Shown: one piece after another, positions 29,675 through 39,114 of the stretch | Layout of the letters: each line of letters starts with the position of its first letter | Numbering within the stretch: position 1 is the stretch's first letter | NCBI GenBank assembly: GCA_041649715.1 | Contig: JBAZMP010000002.1 | Span: forward strand, 4,964 to 68,963 | Length of the DNA: 64,000 nucleotides | Reading direction: 5' to 3' | Origin: Patescibacteria group bacterium | GTDB lineage: Bacteria > Patescibacteriota > Patescibacteriia > JAXHNJ01 | Made by a program: the position numbers and the translations under genes | Notes under the pieces: generated by a model | What the model saw: only the letters and a program-made list of their open reading frames with translations | Told to the model about the DNA's origin: nothing | The model's database searches: none

Positions 29675-31297
29675 ATGAAAAAAATAGAGAAAATATACCA
29701 ATCTTTAGCGAAAAATTGGTTTTGGTTTTCTTTCGTAATTTTGGCAATAATCGCCTTTTTAGTTTTTTCATATTTTCAGTACAGCGCCACCTTTGCCGAT
29801 CCGGATTCTTTCTACCACGCCAAAGCCAGTCTTCTGATCCGCGATCAGGGAGTATCGACGCATTTTCCCTGGCTCCAGGACACCGTTCTAAGGGATAGTT
29901 ATACGGATCAGCATTTTCTCTATCATATTTTTCTGATCCCTTTTGTCACTTTTTTTGACCCTTTGGTGGGCATAAAACTGGCGACCGTTTTTTTAGGGAC
30001 GATATTAATACTCGTCTTTTACGCCCTCCTCCGGCGTTTGCAGGTAAGGGGTGCCTATTTATTTTCCCTCATTTTATTGCTTATTAATCCGTTCACTTTT
30101 CGGATCAGCCTGGCCAAAGCGCCGAGCGTTTCCCTGATTTTTCTGATATTAGGGCTTTATTTTATTTTTAGCCGCCGGCCAAAATGGCTTTTTTTCATTT
30201 CTTTTCTTTATGTCTGGTTTTACGGCGGTTTCATTCTCATTATGGCGGCGACTTTGATCTATCTATTTGTCGGTCTTGTATATGACCGCTGGTGGAAAAA
30301 AAACGAGCCTCACCGTTTCCTGGAAAAGATATTCGCTCTCCTGGGGCGCTCGCACCGCTTCAGGGAGAAAAAAAGAAATAATTTAAAAATATTCCTGGCG
30401 GTACTGCTCGGGCTAATTGCTGGTTTGGTGGTCAATCCTTATTTCCCCAAAAATTTCGGCTTTTACTACCACCAGCTGATCAAGATCGGTATCATAAACT
30501 ACTCAAAAATAATCGGAGTAGGCGGGGAGTGGTATCACTACAAATTTTTCGATTTAATTACCGACACCATGTCGGTTTCCGTCATTTTAGTGATTGCTCT
30601 GATTTTATTTTTTATCTGCATAAAAAGACAATCAAAAATTTCTTTCACGCTTTTTTTCATCTATATCCTGTTTTTTATTTTTACCCTCAAATCAAGGCGG
30701 TACGTCGAGTATTACGTTCCTTTCGCCCTGCTTTTCGCAAGCGTCTCCCTGCGCGATTCTCTAGCCCACTTGAATTTTAAAAAGTATCTATCGGCTTTTA
30801 AATCCGCCTATTTTAAAAATATATGGTCAAAATTATTCATTTCCCTGTTCATCCTTTATCTCGGCATTATTCTGCCCGTCATCATTGTCCGCGACTTTAA
30901 GGCCCAAAGGAGGGACTTAAGCAACGGCATCCCTTTTAATAAATATTACCAGGTTTCCCAGTGGCTTATTGGAAACAGCGCCGCCGGCACGATCGTTATT
31001 CACAGCGACTGGGATGATTTTCCCGTGCTTTTTTACCATAATTCGCACAACTATTATATCGTAGGCTTAGACCCGACCTTCATGTATGAATATAATAAGG
31101 ACCTGTACTGGAAGTGGGTCGATTTAACTACCGGTAAAGAAGTGCCTGATTTGTATGAAGTGGTAAAAAATGAATTCAAGGCTAGCTATCTGGTGATTGA
31201 AAAAGACCATGGCGGCATGTACCGGTTTGTTTCCCAAACGAAAAATTTCGGCCTGGTATACGAAGATAATGAGGTATATTTATACCAGGTTAATTGA
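29675..31297 (+). CDS. GT-C-fold-like multi-pass membrane glycosyltransferase
   Basis: DPDSFYH acidic loop after TM1 (STT3-like), many TMs, C-terminal soluble domain with SDWD. Confidence 0.65.
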   Translation: MKKIEKIYQSLAKNWFWFSFVILAIIAFLVFSYFQYSATFADPDSFYHAKASLLIRDQGVSTHFPWLQDTVLRDSYTDQHFLYHIFLIPFVTFFDPLVGIKLATVFLGTILILVFYALLRRLQVRGAYLFSLILLLINPFTFRISLAKAPSVSLIFLILGLYFIFSRRPKWLFFISFLYVWFYGGFILIMAATLIYLFVGLVYDRWWKKNEPHRFLEKIFALLGRSHRFREKKRNNLKIFLAVLLGLIAGLVVNPYFPKNFGFYYHQLIKIGIINYSKIIGVGGEWYHYKFFDLITDTMSVSVILVIALILFFICIKRQSKISFTLFFIYILFFIFTLKSRRYVEYYVPFALLFASVSLRDSLAHLNFKKYLSAFKSAYFKNIWSKLFISLFILYLGIILPVIIVRDFKAQRRDLSNGIPFNKYYQVSQWLIGNSAAGTIVIHSDWDDFPVLFYHNSHNYYIVGLDPTFMYEYNKDLYWKWVDLTTGKEVPDLYEVVKNEFKASYLVIEKDHGGMYRFVSQTKNFGLVYEDNEVYLYQVN

Positions 31298-31338
31298 AGA
31301 CATTCAGTCCGAAACAATAAATCTCCTTTTTTATTTAT

Positions 31339-32730
31339 ATGTCAATAAATATTTCCGCCAGGCTAAAGAGTTATTTGAAGGTTTATCGGGATGTTTTTCG
31401 ATTTTTCGCGCTTGACACCTGGCTTTTTACTTTTTTATCGACGCTTTCCTTTTCTCAAATTTATCCGTATTTTTTTTACTATCATGGGGTCTATTACCTA
31501 TTAGCGGCATTGGTTCTTCTAGTCTTGAGCCTTTATATCGGGTACGATATCCTTACATATTTCAAAAAAGATATTCTGCTCCACCGCGATAATATGGGCC
31601 AAAAGAAGCTTAAGTTAGTTATCTCGATGGTCTTGATCTTTATAGGTGGGTATTTGTTGAGCATATTTTGCCGACCTTCAGAAGTTATTGACACTAAAGG
31701 ATTGATGATACACGATGAAATTGTTCAGTCTAAATACACCATAAAGTATTTTCTGGAAGGAAAAGATCCCTATCAGTTGAGTTATAATAACACTCCGCTG
31801 AATTTAACGGATTATTATCGATATATCGAAATCAACAAAAAATTATTGGTGCCAAATCCTGCTTTGGTTACCTACGCCTATCTGCCGGGGCAATTTCTCG
31901 TGGCCGTACCCTTTTACCAGCTTTTTACCGCGGTATTTCACTGGTATGACCACCGGATATTCTATGTCTTTGTGCTCCTTGGCCTTTTGTTCGTTGTTTA
32001 CCGATTGACAAGAAATCCGCGCTATCGCCAGTTGTTATTAATAACTTTTTTCTTTTTCCCCGGTTTTTTTGATAAAATATATTTTGGCTTTAATGATTTA
32101 CAGCCTCTCCTTTTACTCCTCGCCAGCCTTCATTTTTTAAAGGAAAAACGAATTATCTGGTCGGTCGTGTTTTTGGGCGTCGCGGCCGCGAGCAAACAAA
32201 GCGTCTTATTCTTTATCCCTTTTTATTTATTGTATCTTTTCAAAAATGACTATTATTTTTCTTCGGAAAGAAGAAAAAAGACGATTCTTTCCCTTTTAAT
32301 CTTAGTGACCTTGGCGGCAGCGGTAGTTCTGCCTTTTTATTTTTGGAGCCCAAAGGATTTCATCAACGATGTCCTTGATTATCAAACCGGTAAGTCAGCC
32401 CAAAGCTATCCGATACACGGGCGAGGTTTTTCCGCTCTGATCTTCAGTGTTTTACGGTTAGTTCCTACGGTAAATGATTACTACCCATTTATTATTTGGC
32501 AGGTTATCTTCGCTTTACCGGTATTTGTCTATTGTCTCATAAGACAATACAGAGATAATTCGCTTAAAAATGTGATCACAAATTACTTATTAACCTTACT
32601 GGTTTTTTGGTATTTTTCCCGCTATATTTTCATTAATCATTACACTTATATGGCGCTTTTTTTGCCGGTGGCCTATCTAATCGAGGCAGGTGGACAAGAG
32701 GGTAAAACGGCAAATAAGTCCGTAGGCTAG
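31339..32730 (+). CDS. GT87-like membrane glycosyltransferase
   Basis: HDE...GKDPY...YAYLP...GFND...SKQ. Confidence 0.65.
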   Translation: MSINISARLKSYLKVYRDVFRFFALDTWLFTFLSTLSFSQIYPYFFYYHGVYYLLAALVLLVLSLYIGYDILTYFKKDILLHRDNMGQKKLKLVISMVLIFIGGYLLSIFCRPSEVIDTKGLMIHDEIVQSKYTIKYFLEGKDPYQLSYNNTPLNLTDYYRYIEINKKLLVPNPALVTYAYLPGQFLVAVPFYQLFTAVFHWYDHRIFYVFVLLGLLFVVYRLTRNPRYRQLLLITFFFFPGFFDKIYFGFNDLQPLLLLLASLHFLKEKRIIWSVVFLGVAAASKQSVLFFIPFYLLYLFKNDYYFSSERRKKTILSLLILVTLAAAVVLPFYFWSPKDFINDVLDYQTGKSAQSYPIHGRGFSALIFSVLRLVPTVNDYYPFIIWQVIFALPVFVYCLIRQYRDNSLKNVITNYLLTLLVFWYFSRYIFINHYTYMALFLPVAYLIEAGGQEGKTANKSVG

Positions 32731-32746
32731 GAACCAGTTTCAAATT

Positions 32747-34072
32747 ATGGTTAACTCATCTCAAAAGACAATCGGACTTGATTTTATCCTGCTTTTTTCT
32801 TTGGTTTTTTATTTTGTCATTCAGGAGAATTGGATAAAATTGTCCAGCCTTTTTTTGGCCTTTATGGCCCTTAGCGGGATCGTTTCCTATTATTTTATAA
32901 GCCAGTCAAAAATAGGGGACGGAAAAAAACATTATATTAAATTAGCGATCATTCTTGTTTTGATTGTTTCTTTGGTTTTATTCTCGCTTGTTCACCAGAT
33001 CATTTTACGCCGACAAGGAGCGGACATTCATTACACGCATGACGGAGCGGTGCAGACCGAGGAAGCGAGCAAATTCCTGGCTCAAGGGGTTGACCCTTAC
33101 GCGGCCGATTATCGGAATACGCCTTTCGGCCATTTTATTGATACCTACAGCGGCGGGGAAAGGGAGAATCCGGCCTGGACGCACTATGTTTATCTGCCGT
33201 TCTTGCCGGTTTTTTCCCTGCCTTTCCAGGCGGTAATAAAACAGATCGCCGGTTTTTTCGACCAGAGAATGGTCTATGGTTTATTGTTCATGGCAAGCCT
33301 GTTTTTTATCTACAAGCTTCCGGAAGAAAAAGACAAAAAATTGATCGGTTTGATTATTTTTGCCTTTAATCCGATCTTTGCCCGCCATTTAGTGCATGGT
33401 TTTAACGATATTTTTGTTTTTTTCTGGCTGATTTTTTCTCTTTATTTATTGAAACAAAAGAAATATTATTGGTCGGCCGGCATGCTGGCCTTAGCCTGCG
33501 TCTCCAAACAGTCTGCCTGGTTGATCCTGCCCTTTTATTTTTTCTATTTGTATTTTGCCGAAAATCCAATGAAGGCATTTTTGGATAAAATAAGGGGCAT
33601 TTTTAAAAAGCTCATCCCGTTTTTCCTGCTGGCGGCGGCCATCTTTACGCCTTTTCTCATCTGGGGCTTTGATGATTTTATCGATGACATCTACCGTTAT
33701 CCGGCCGGCAGCATCGCCTCCAATTTTCCCGCGATCGGTTATGGTTTTTCCCGCCTTTTCTATCTGGCGGGATTTATGCCAAGCCCCTGGAGTTATTTCC
33801 CTTTTTGGATTTTTCAGGCTTTCTTCGGCCTGCCGCTTTTTTATTTTCTGATCAAAAAGCAAATGAAGAATAATAATTTGTCAGCCCTCTTTATTAATTA
33901 CGGCCTTTTTCTGCTTGTTTTTTGGTTTTTTTCCCGTTTTTTTAACGACAACTATATCTCCTATCTTTCCCTTATTTTTCTGGCCGGCTATTTAGTTGAG
34001 GAAAAAATGACGCATAACGAGGCCGAAAAAACGGACAAAACGGTTTTAAACAATAATAAGGTTGGGCTATGA
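32747..34072 (+). CDS. GT87-like membrane glycosyltransferase (paralog of previous)
   Basis: HDG...GVDPY...YVYLP...GFND...SKQ. Confidence 0.65.
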   Translation: MVNSSQKTIGLDFILLFSLVFYFVIQENWIKLSSLFLAFMALSGIVSYYFISQSKIGDGKKHYIKLAIILVLIVSLVLFSLVHQIILRRQGADIHYTHDGAVQTEEASKFLAQGVDPYAADYRNTPFGHFIDTYSGGERENPAWTHYVYLPFLPVFSLPFQAVIKQIAGFFDQRMVYGLLFMASLFFIYKLPEEKDKKLIGLIIFAFNPIFARHLVHGFNDIFVFFWLIFSLYLLKQKKYYWSAGMLALACVSKQSAWLILPFYFFYLYFAENPMKAFLDKIRGIFKKLIPFFLLAAAIFTPFLIWGFDDFIDDIYRYPAGSIASNFPAIGYGFSRLFYLAGFMPSPWSYFPFWIFQAFFGLPLFYFLIKKQMKNNNLSALFINYGLFLLVFWFFSRFFNDNYISYLSLIFLAGYLVEEKMTHNEAEKTDKTVLNNNKVGL

Positions 34073-35730
34073 GAGGATATTTTCCCGCAATCAATAAAAA
34101 GGAGTGGTTTTTTGTCATTAAAATAAGCCTGATCTTAATTTTTGTCACGACAATCCCTTACATTTACGGCTATCTGATTACGCCGGCGGATAAATTTTTC
34201 CCCGGCATACATTCCCTGGGGCCCGGGGATTATAACGTTTATTATTCTTATATTGAACAGGTAAATCAGGGCCGTTTTATTTTTACCGATCTTTTTACCG
34301 GGGAAGAGCATCGCCCGTTTAATTTTAACCCTTTATGGCTGACCGTGGGCTTGTTCGGCAGATTTTTCCATTTGCCTTCAATTGCCACCCTGCAGGCCTC
34401 GCGCGCCTTTTTAATTTTCCCCTTTGCTCTTGTTTTGTATCTCTTCATCAGTTTTTTCATCAAGTCTCCGGCCCGGCGGCGCCTTGGGTTCCTTTTTTCT
34501 GTCTTTGCCTCGGGTCTGGGCAGTTTTTTCCTGCCGCTTATTAATCACTGGTACGGCCCGTCCCTGCCCTTGTCCCTTTATCCCATGGACCTTTGGGTAT
34601 CCGAAGGATATAATTTTTTGACCCTCTACCACACGCCGCATTTCATCGCGGCGACCGCGCTGATAATTTTTATCTTCCTCTTTCTTTTTAAATCCTTTGA
34701 AAAAGGCAGCTGGCGTTCTCTATTTTTCGCCGGCATCGCGAGTTTGATCTTAATGTTTTTTCATCCTTTTCATCTGCCGACTATTTTGGCCGTGCCGTTG
34801 GCTTATATTTTTGTCGCTTCATGGCGGGCCGGAAAATTATTGCGGCCTTATATCACGAAGTACTTTGTTTTTTTGCTTTTAACGTCGCCCGCGGTTATTT
34901 ACCAGTTTTTATTGGTCATTTATGATCCGGTGGCCGCCGGGCGGGCGGCGCAAAACATTTGCCAAACTGACCGCTTCTGGGTTTTTTTGATCAGTTACGG
35001 TCTCATTTTGCCCTTTGCTTTAATCGGCCTATGGTATAAAAAGCCCAGAAGCAACAAGCATATATTTTTGGCGACCTGGCTAATCGCCCAGTTTTTCCTT
35101 ATTTTCGCTCCGCTTACTTTTCAGAGAAGGTTGACCGAAGGGTGGCAGATACCTTTGTGTTTGTTCGCCTTTTGGGGCCTTCAATATTTCTGGGAATTTA
35201 TTAAGCGCAAAAAACCGGCCATTGATTCGTCCGGCTATAAAATTATATTTGTCAGCCTGATTGTTCTTTTATTCGGGCTTTCCAACTTCCATGTGGTCGC
35301 CCAGGACCTCTCGCTTTATACCAGCGCCGAATTTCGCGACCCGCCGCAATATGTTTATCTGGACAAAGGGTTCGGCGAAGCTTTTAAATGGATGAAACAA
35401 AATTTAACGTCTCAAGACGTCGTGTTTAGCGATGTCATCGCCAGCTCTTTTATCGCCGGTTTTACCGGCAAAAGAATCTACATCGGCCACTCGGTGGAAA
35501 CCCTTGATTTCGCCAAAAAAAGAGAAATAGCCAAATGGTTTTTCGAAAGCAATACGGGCGATGCTGAAAAAGAGCAATTCTTAAAAAATAACAAAATAAC
35601 CTATCTATTTGCGAACAATTTTATCTCTGTTGATTATAAAAATACAGCCGGGATTTTCAATCCTGCCACTAAGAATTATTTGAACCCGGTGTTTAAAAGC
35701 GGCGAAGTTGCAATTTATAAGGTGAAATAA
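34069..35730 (+). CDS. GT-C-like multi-pass membrane protein
   Basis: GDYNVYYSY loop, >10 TMs, C-terminal soluble domain (GHSVET). Confidence 0.55.
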   Translation: MRGYFPAINKKEWFFVIKISLILIFVTTIPYIYGYLITPADKFFPGIHSLGPGDYNVYYSYIEQVNQGRFIFTDLFTGEEHRPFNFNPLWLTVGLFGRFFHLPSIATLQASRAFLIFPFALVLYLFISFFIKSPARRRLGFLFSVFASGLGSFFLPLINHWYGPSLPLSLYPMDLWVSEGYNFLTLYHTPHFIAATALIIFIFLFLFKSFEKGSWRSLFFAGIASLILMFFHPFHLPTILAVPLAYIFVASWRAGKLLRPYITKYFVFLLLTSPAVIYQFLLVIYDPVAAGRAAQNICQTDRFWVFLISYGLILPFALIGLWYKKPRSNKHIFLATWLIAQFFLIFAPLTFQRRLTEGWQIPLCLFAFWGLQYFWEFIKRKKPAIDSSGYKIIFVSLIVLLFGLSNFHVVAQDLSLYTSAEFRDPPQYVYLDKGFGEAFKWMKQNLTSQDVVFSDVIASSFIAGFTGKRIYIGHSVETLDFAKKREIAKWFFESNTGDAEKEQFLKNNKITYLFANNFISVDYKNTAGIFNPATKNYLNPVFKSGEVAIYKVK

Positions 35731-35776
35731 TTAATCGCCTTAAATAGGGGGGGGTATCCCCGGGTTTTTGATGGGA

Positions 35777-37804
35777 TTATAAAGTTATCCACAGGGGCGT
35801 AATTTCCCCCAATTTGTCTGATTTTTTGATAAACGGCCGGAATATTTTATCTTTACTCAAGCCCATCTTGCCCTCAGTATTGTACAGGGAAATTTTTAAC
35901 TGGTAATCGCCGGGAGTGACAGAGGCGGGGATCAAAAATTTATAATTCACTTCGATCAATTCGCCGGCCAGCCAGTCGTGAGTGGGGTAGAAGGCGGAGA
36001 GAGGATAGTTATCCTGCCAAACAATTTTGCTATTTTGTTCCAATTTCACCGTCATTTGATAATCGCGGCTGATTTTTTTCTCGCTCCGCCAGTAAAGAGA
36101 AAGCGGTAGCAAGCGGTAAGCATGATCATTGATCGATTCGGTGGTTATTGCCGATTGTTTAAGGCCGGCTAATTTTACGGCATTGTTAAAATCAATATTA
36201 CTGGAGGTGGCCTGGGCGGGCAATTTTTTTATGACGGCGTAAGGACTACTTTCGGCCCCAAGGCAGTCTTTTGTGTAAAGGAGAAATTTACCAAGATAAC
36301 GGTTAAGGCAAAAATCATTAGCGCTGATTAACTCGCGCATTCTTTGGGCGCCCCCGATATTATTCTCGTCATCCTCGCGGTACAAGTAATGGTAGTAGTT
36401 AAAATCAGAAAAATCAAAGAGCAGCGTCTGCGCGTCTGGCGGGATTCGGTAGTCTTGCGACGAGTATTGTTTTTTTCCCAAATACTGGTAGTGCAGCGAA
36501 TAAATTTTTTCCCGACCGGAAAGCCGCGGAATAAATTGAAAGCCGGTGGCGACCGGCGTGTCACGGTCAATAAGCGAAACAAAATCGTTTCTCAGACGTA
36601 CCTCCTCTTTGATCTTCGGATAACCAAAAAAATCCTTGGCCAGCCAAAATGCCGAGCCGGCATAAAGCGAAGAGTAGACGGCGATAATAACCACGATCGT
36701 GAGAAAAATCGACCTCTCCTTTTGCAGGATTGCCAACAGCTTGCCCTTATTCGGCCGATATAGAATTTTTTCCAGAGCGAAGACCAGGCCGATAAAAAGA
36801 AAAGGGATTATCAGAGAAGTATAGTGAATTTCCAAAGCAAGGGGGCCACCCGAGCCGAGCATGAGGATTTGAAAAATGATCAAGGCGACAGGCAAAAGAT
36901 ACTTTATTTTTATCAACGGCAAAAAGCCGAAAGGAAGAAAAAGCCCGGCTAAAAAGACGATATTATCCCCGGAAAATAGGTGTTTTAAAACCAACCAGGG
37001 ATGCCCGAAGAAATTTAATATGATGCTTTTTAAGTCTTGGCCAAGCCAGCCGTAATACAGGATAAATTTATATTGGCCATAACCGGAAAAATAGCCGGTG
37101 ATTTTAGTGGCGAAAATAAACCAGGCCAAGCCAATAACAAAAGGTACGACAATCCATTTCCATGATTTTTTCTCTATTAAGGCAAAAAAACTAAAAGCTA
37201 AAACAACCAACGCCGCATCTTCCCGCACCAACAAAGTAAGAATCAAAAACAGCAAAAATAAGCCAAATTTTTCTTCCAAATAATAATAGAAAAAAAGAAA
37301 AAACAGCGGGATGGCAAAAGGCAAAATATGAAATTCATAGGAGTTGGTGTTTTGAACAAAAACATTGCTAAGATAAAGTAAGCCTAAAAGCAAGCTTAAG
37401 TTTTCACCAAGTTTTTTTCTGGCGATTAAATAGAGGGGATAGGCGCCGAAAGCAAGGACGGCGGTTTGAAGGATGAGCAGACTGACCGGACTTTTAATTA
37501 AAAAATAGAGAGGGAGAAAAAAAAGAATAATCAGTTCGAAATGATCGCCCAGGTACGAATGAGGATGGATGGTCAGGCTGAAAAGATCTCCTTGGCTGGA
37601 ATTAAAAAAAACCTGGTTATAAATCGCCAGATCCAAACCGATATAATTGTAGGTGAAGTATTTATAGAGGCAAAAACCGGAGAATAAAATAATATAGGAG
37701 ATAATAAAAATCCAGAGGATTGGGCGAGAATGTTTTTTAATCCGTTCACTCCAGGTTTTTCCCGTAATTACCAGGCGTGAAAAAATATCTTGGCGGGTGG
37801 TCAT
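35777..37804 (-). CDS. DUF2079-like membrane glycosyltransferase
   Basis: DLAIYNQ, LGDHF, YEFH, VRED, HY motifs; C-terminal Ig-like domain. Confidence 0.75.
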   Translation of the reverse strand: MTTRQDIFSRLVITGKTWSERIKKHSRPILWIFIISYIILFSGFCLYKYFTYNYIGLDLAIYNQVFFNSSQGDLFSLTIHPHSYLGDHFELIILFFLPLYFLIKSPVSLLILQTAVLAFGAYPLYLIARKKLGENLSLLLGLLYLSNVFVQNTNSYEFHILPFAIPLFFLFFYYYLEEKFGLFLLFLILTLLVREDAALVVLAFSFFALIEKKSWKWIVVPFVIGLAWFIFATKITGYFSGYGQYKFILYYGWLGQDLKSIILNFFGHPWLVLKHLFSGDNIVFLAGLFLPFGFLPLIKIKYLLPVALIIFQILMLGSGGPLALEIHYTSLIIPFLFIGLVFALEKILYRPNKGKLLAILQKERSIFLTIVVIIAVYSSLYAGSAFWLAKDFFGYPKIKEEVRLRNDFVSLIDRDTPVATGFQFIPRLSGREKIYSLHYQYLGKKQYSSQDYRIPPDAQTLLFDFSDFNYYHYLYREDDENNIGGAQRMRELISANDFCLNRYLGKFLLYTKDCLGAESSPYAVIKKLPAQATSSNIDFNNAVKLAGLKQSAITTESINDHAYRLLPLSLYWRSEKKISRDYQMTVKLEQNSKIVWQDNYPLSAFYPTHDWLAGELIEVNYKFLIPASVTPGDYQLKISLYNTEGKMGLSKDKIFRPFIKKSDKLGEITPLWITL

Positions 37805-37858
37805 TTTTTCTTTAGTTTATCTTATTTTATTCTATCTTAAAAATAAAAAGAAAACAAA

Positions 37859-37887
37859 CCCGCCCCGCCATTTATGGCGGGGCGGGG
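37859..37887 (-). terminator. intrinsic terminator of pilin genes
   Basis: CCCGCCCCGCCA-ttta-TGGCGGGGCGGG GC-rich stem followed by TTTGTTTT on the minus strand. Confidence 0.8.
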
Positions 37888-37911
37888 TGATATTTGAAGT
37901 TTAATTAGTCG

Positions 37912-38268
37912 TTAGGTAGTGACATTCGTAGTCGTGTTGACGACGAAGATGACAATGGCCCAGGCGAGCAAGATGATAATTAAACCAATCACAGCGGCTG
38001 AAATGACCTTTTTGGCCTTTTCAATCTTTTCTTCATTGCCGGCGGCGGTCATCCATTGGAAACCACCAATGATGATCATAATGACAGCGATTAAAGCGAG
38101 TAAGCCCAAAACCCATTGAAGGATGTTGATAACGCTTTGTTTCAGATCAGCGGTGCCTAAGCCCAGAGTGCCACCGACATTCTCAATGGAGAGCGGCGTT
38201 TGGGCCATGGCGACAAACGGCAAAGCGAAAGCAAGGACCGTCGTGGCGACTAATGCGATTTTTTTCAT
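37912..38268 (-). CDS. CPR-type pilin (TrbC/VirB2-like), copy A
   Basis: Signal peptide + two TMs around GGFQWMTAAGNEEKIEKAKK...AVIG; SD GGGGGTG before ATG 38268. Confidence 0.85.
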   Translation of the reverse strand: MKKIALVATTVLAFALPFVAMAQTPLSIENVGGTLGLGTADLKQSVINILQWVLGLLALIAVIMIIIGGFQWMTAAGNEEKIEKAKKVISAAVIGLIIILLAWAIVIFVVNTTTNVTT

Positions 38269-38682
38269 AGTTTTCACCCCCTTTCGGTAAAAGATATATT
38301 TTATTGTTTTTTACTTTTACTAGACGGTGACGTCTCTGGTCGTATTGACCACGAAAATAATGATCGCCCAGGCGAGCAAGATGATAATGATGCCAATCAC
38401 TGCGCCAGAAATCATTTTCTTGGCCTTATCGATCTTGTCTTCATTGCCGGCGGCGGTCATCCACATAAAGCCCGCGATAACGAGTATGACCACGGCGATC
38501 AGGCCGAGCAGGCCCAAAATCCATTGAAGGATGTTGATAACGCTGGCCTTCAGATCAGCGGTGCCTAAGCCCAGGGTGCCGCCGATATTCTCAATGGAGA
38601 GCGGCGTTTGGGCCATGGCGACAAACGGCAAAGCGAAAGCAAGGACCGTCGTGGCGACTAATGCGATTTTTTTCATAGTTTT
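38179..38682. repeat. 96-nt exact direct repeat shared by pilin A and B 5' ends
   Basis: 38179-38274 identical to 38587-38682. Confidence 0.85.
38320..38676 (-). CDS. CPR-type pilin, copy B
   Basis: AGFMWMTAAGNEDKIDKAKK...AVIG; close paralog of copy A. Confidence 0.85.
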   Translation of the reverse strand: MKKIALVATTVLAFALPFVAMAQTPLSIENIGGTLGLGTADLKASVINILQWILGLLGLIAVVILVIAGFMWMTAAGNEDKIDKAKKMISGAVIGIIIILLAWAIIIFVVNTTRDVTV

Positions 38683-38730
38683 TTGCTTTTTAGTTAGTTA
38701 ATTAAACGCTTCCTCCTTCTTAATTAAATT

Positions 38731-38759
38731 ATCATAACACAGAATAAAAAAATTGTCAA
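38731..38759 (-). promoter_or_regulatory. strong internal promoter for pilins A/B
   Basis: TTGACA-17 nt-TATGAT with extended TG. Confidence 0.65.
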
Positions 38760-38762
38760 ATT

Positions 38763-39095
38763 CTAGCTGGTGGCGCTGGTAAAAATCTGCAATACATAGT
38801 TAAGGAAGGCCCAGCTGCCTAAGATAACAACAATTCCAATGGTCGCCCAGACTAAAGTATCTTTGCCTTTTTTGACCCGTTCCGGATTGCCGCCCGAGCC
38901 CAAAATTTGGATGCCGCCCCAGATGAACATCGCCAGGGCAAAAATGGCGACCAGACCGAGAATGATGCGGATCAAATTCTCTAAGAGGCAGTTCGCCGTG
39001 TCGCAGGACAGCGGATTTTCCAATTTGACGGCGTAGCAGTCCAGTGGCAAAACAAAGGCCAAGAGGATGAAAATAACAATGAGTTTTGTTTTCAT
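38763..39095 (-). CDS. CPR-type pilin
   Basis: LENPL, GGIQILGSGGNPERVKKGKDTLVWATIG. Confidence 0.85.
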   Translation of the reverse strand: MKTKLIVIFILLAFVLPLDCYAVKLENPLSCDTANCLLENLIRIILGLVAIFALAMFIWGGIQILGSGGNPERVKKGKDTLVWATIGIVVILGSWAFLNYVLQIFTSATS

Positions 39096-39114
39096 AAAAT
39101 TATTTATATAATTT

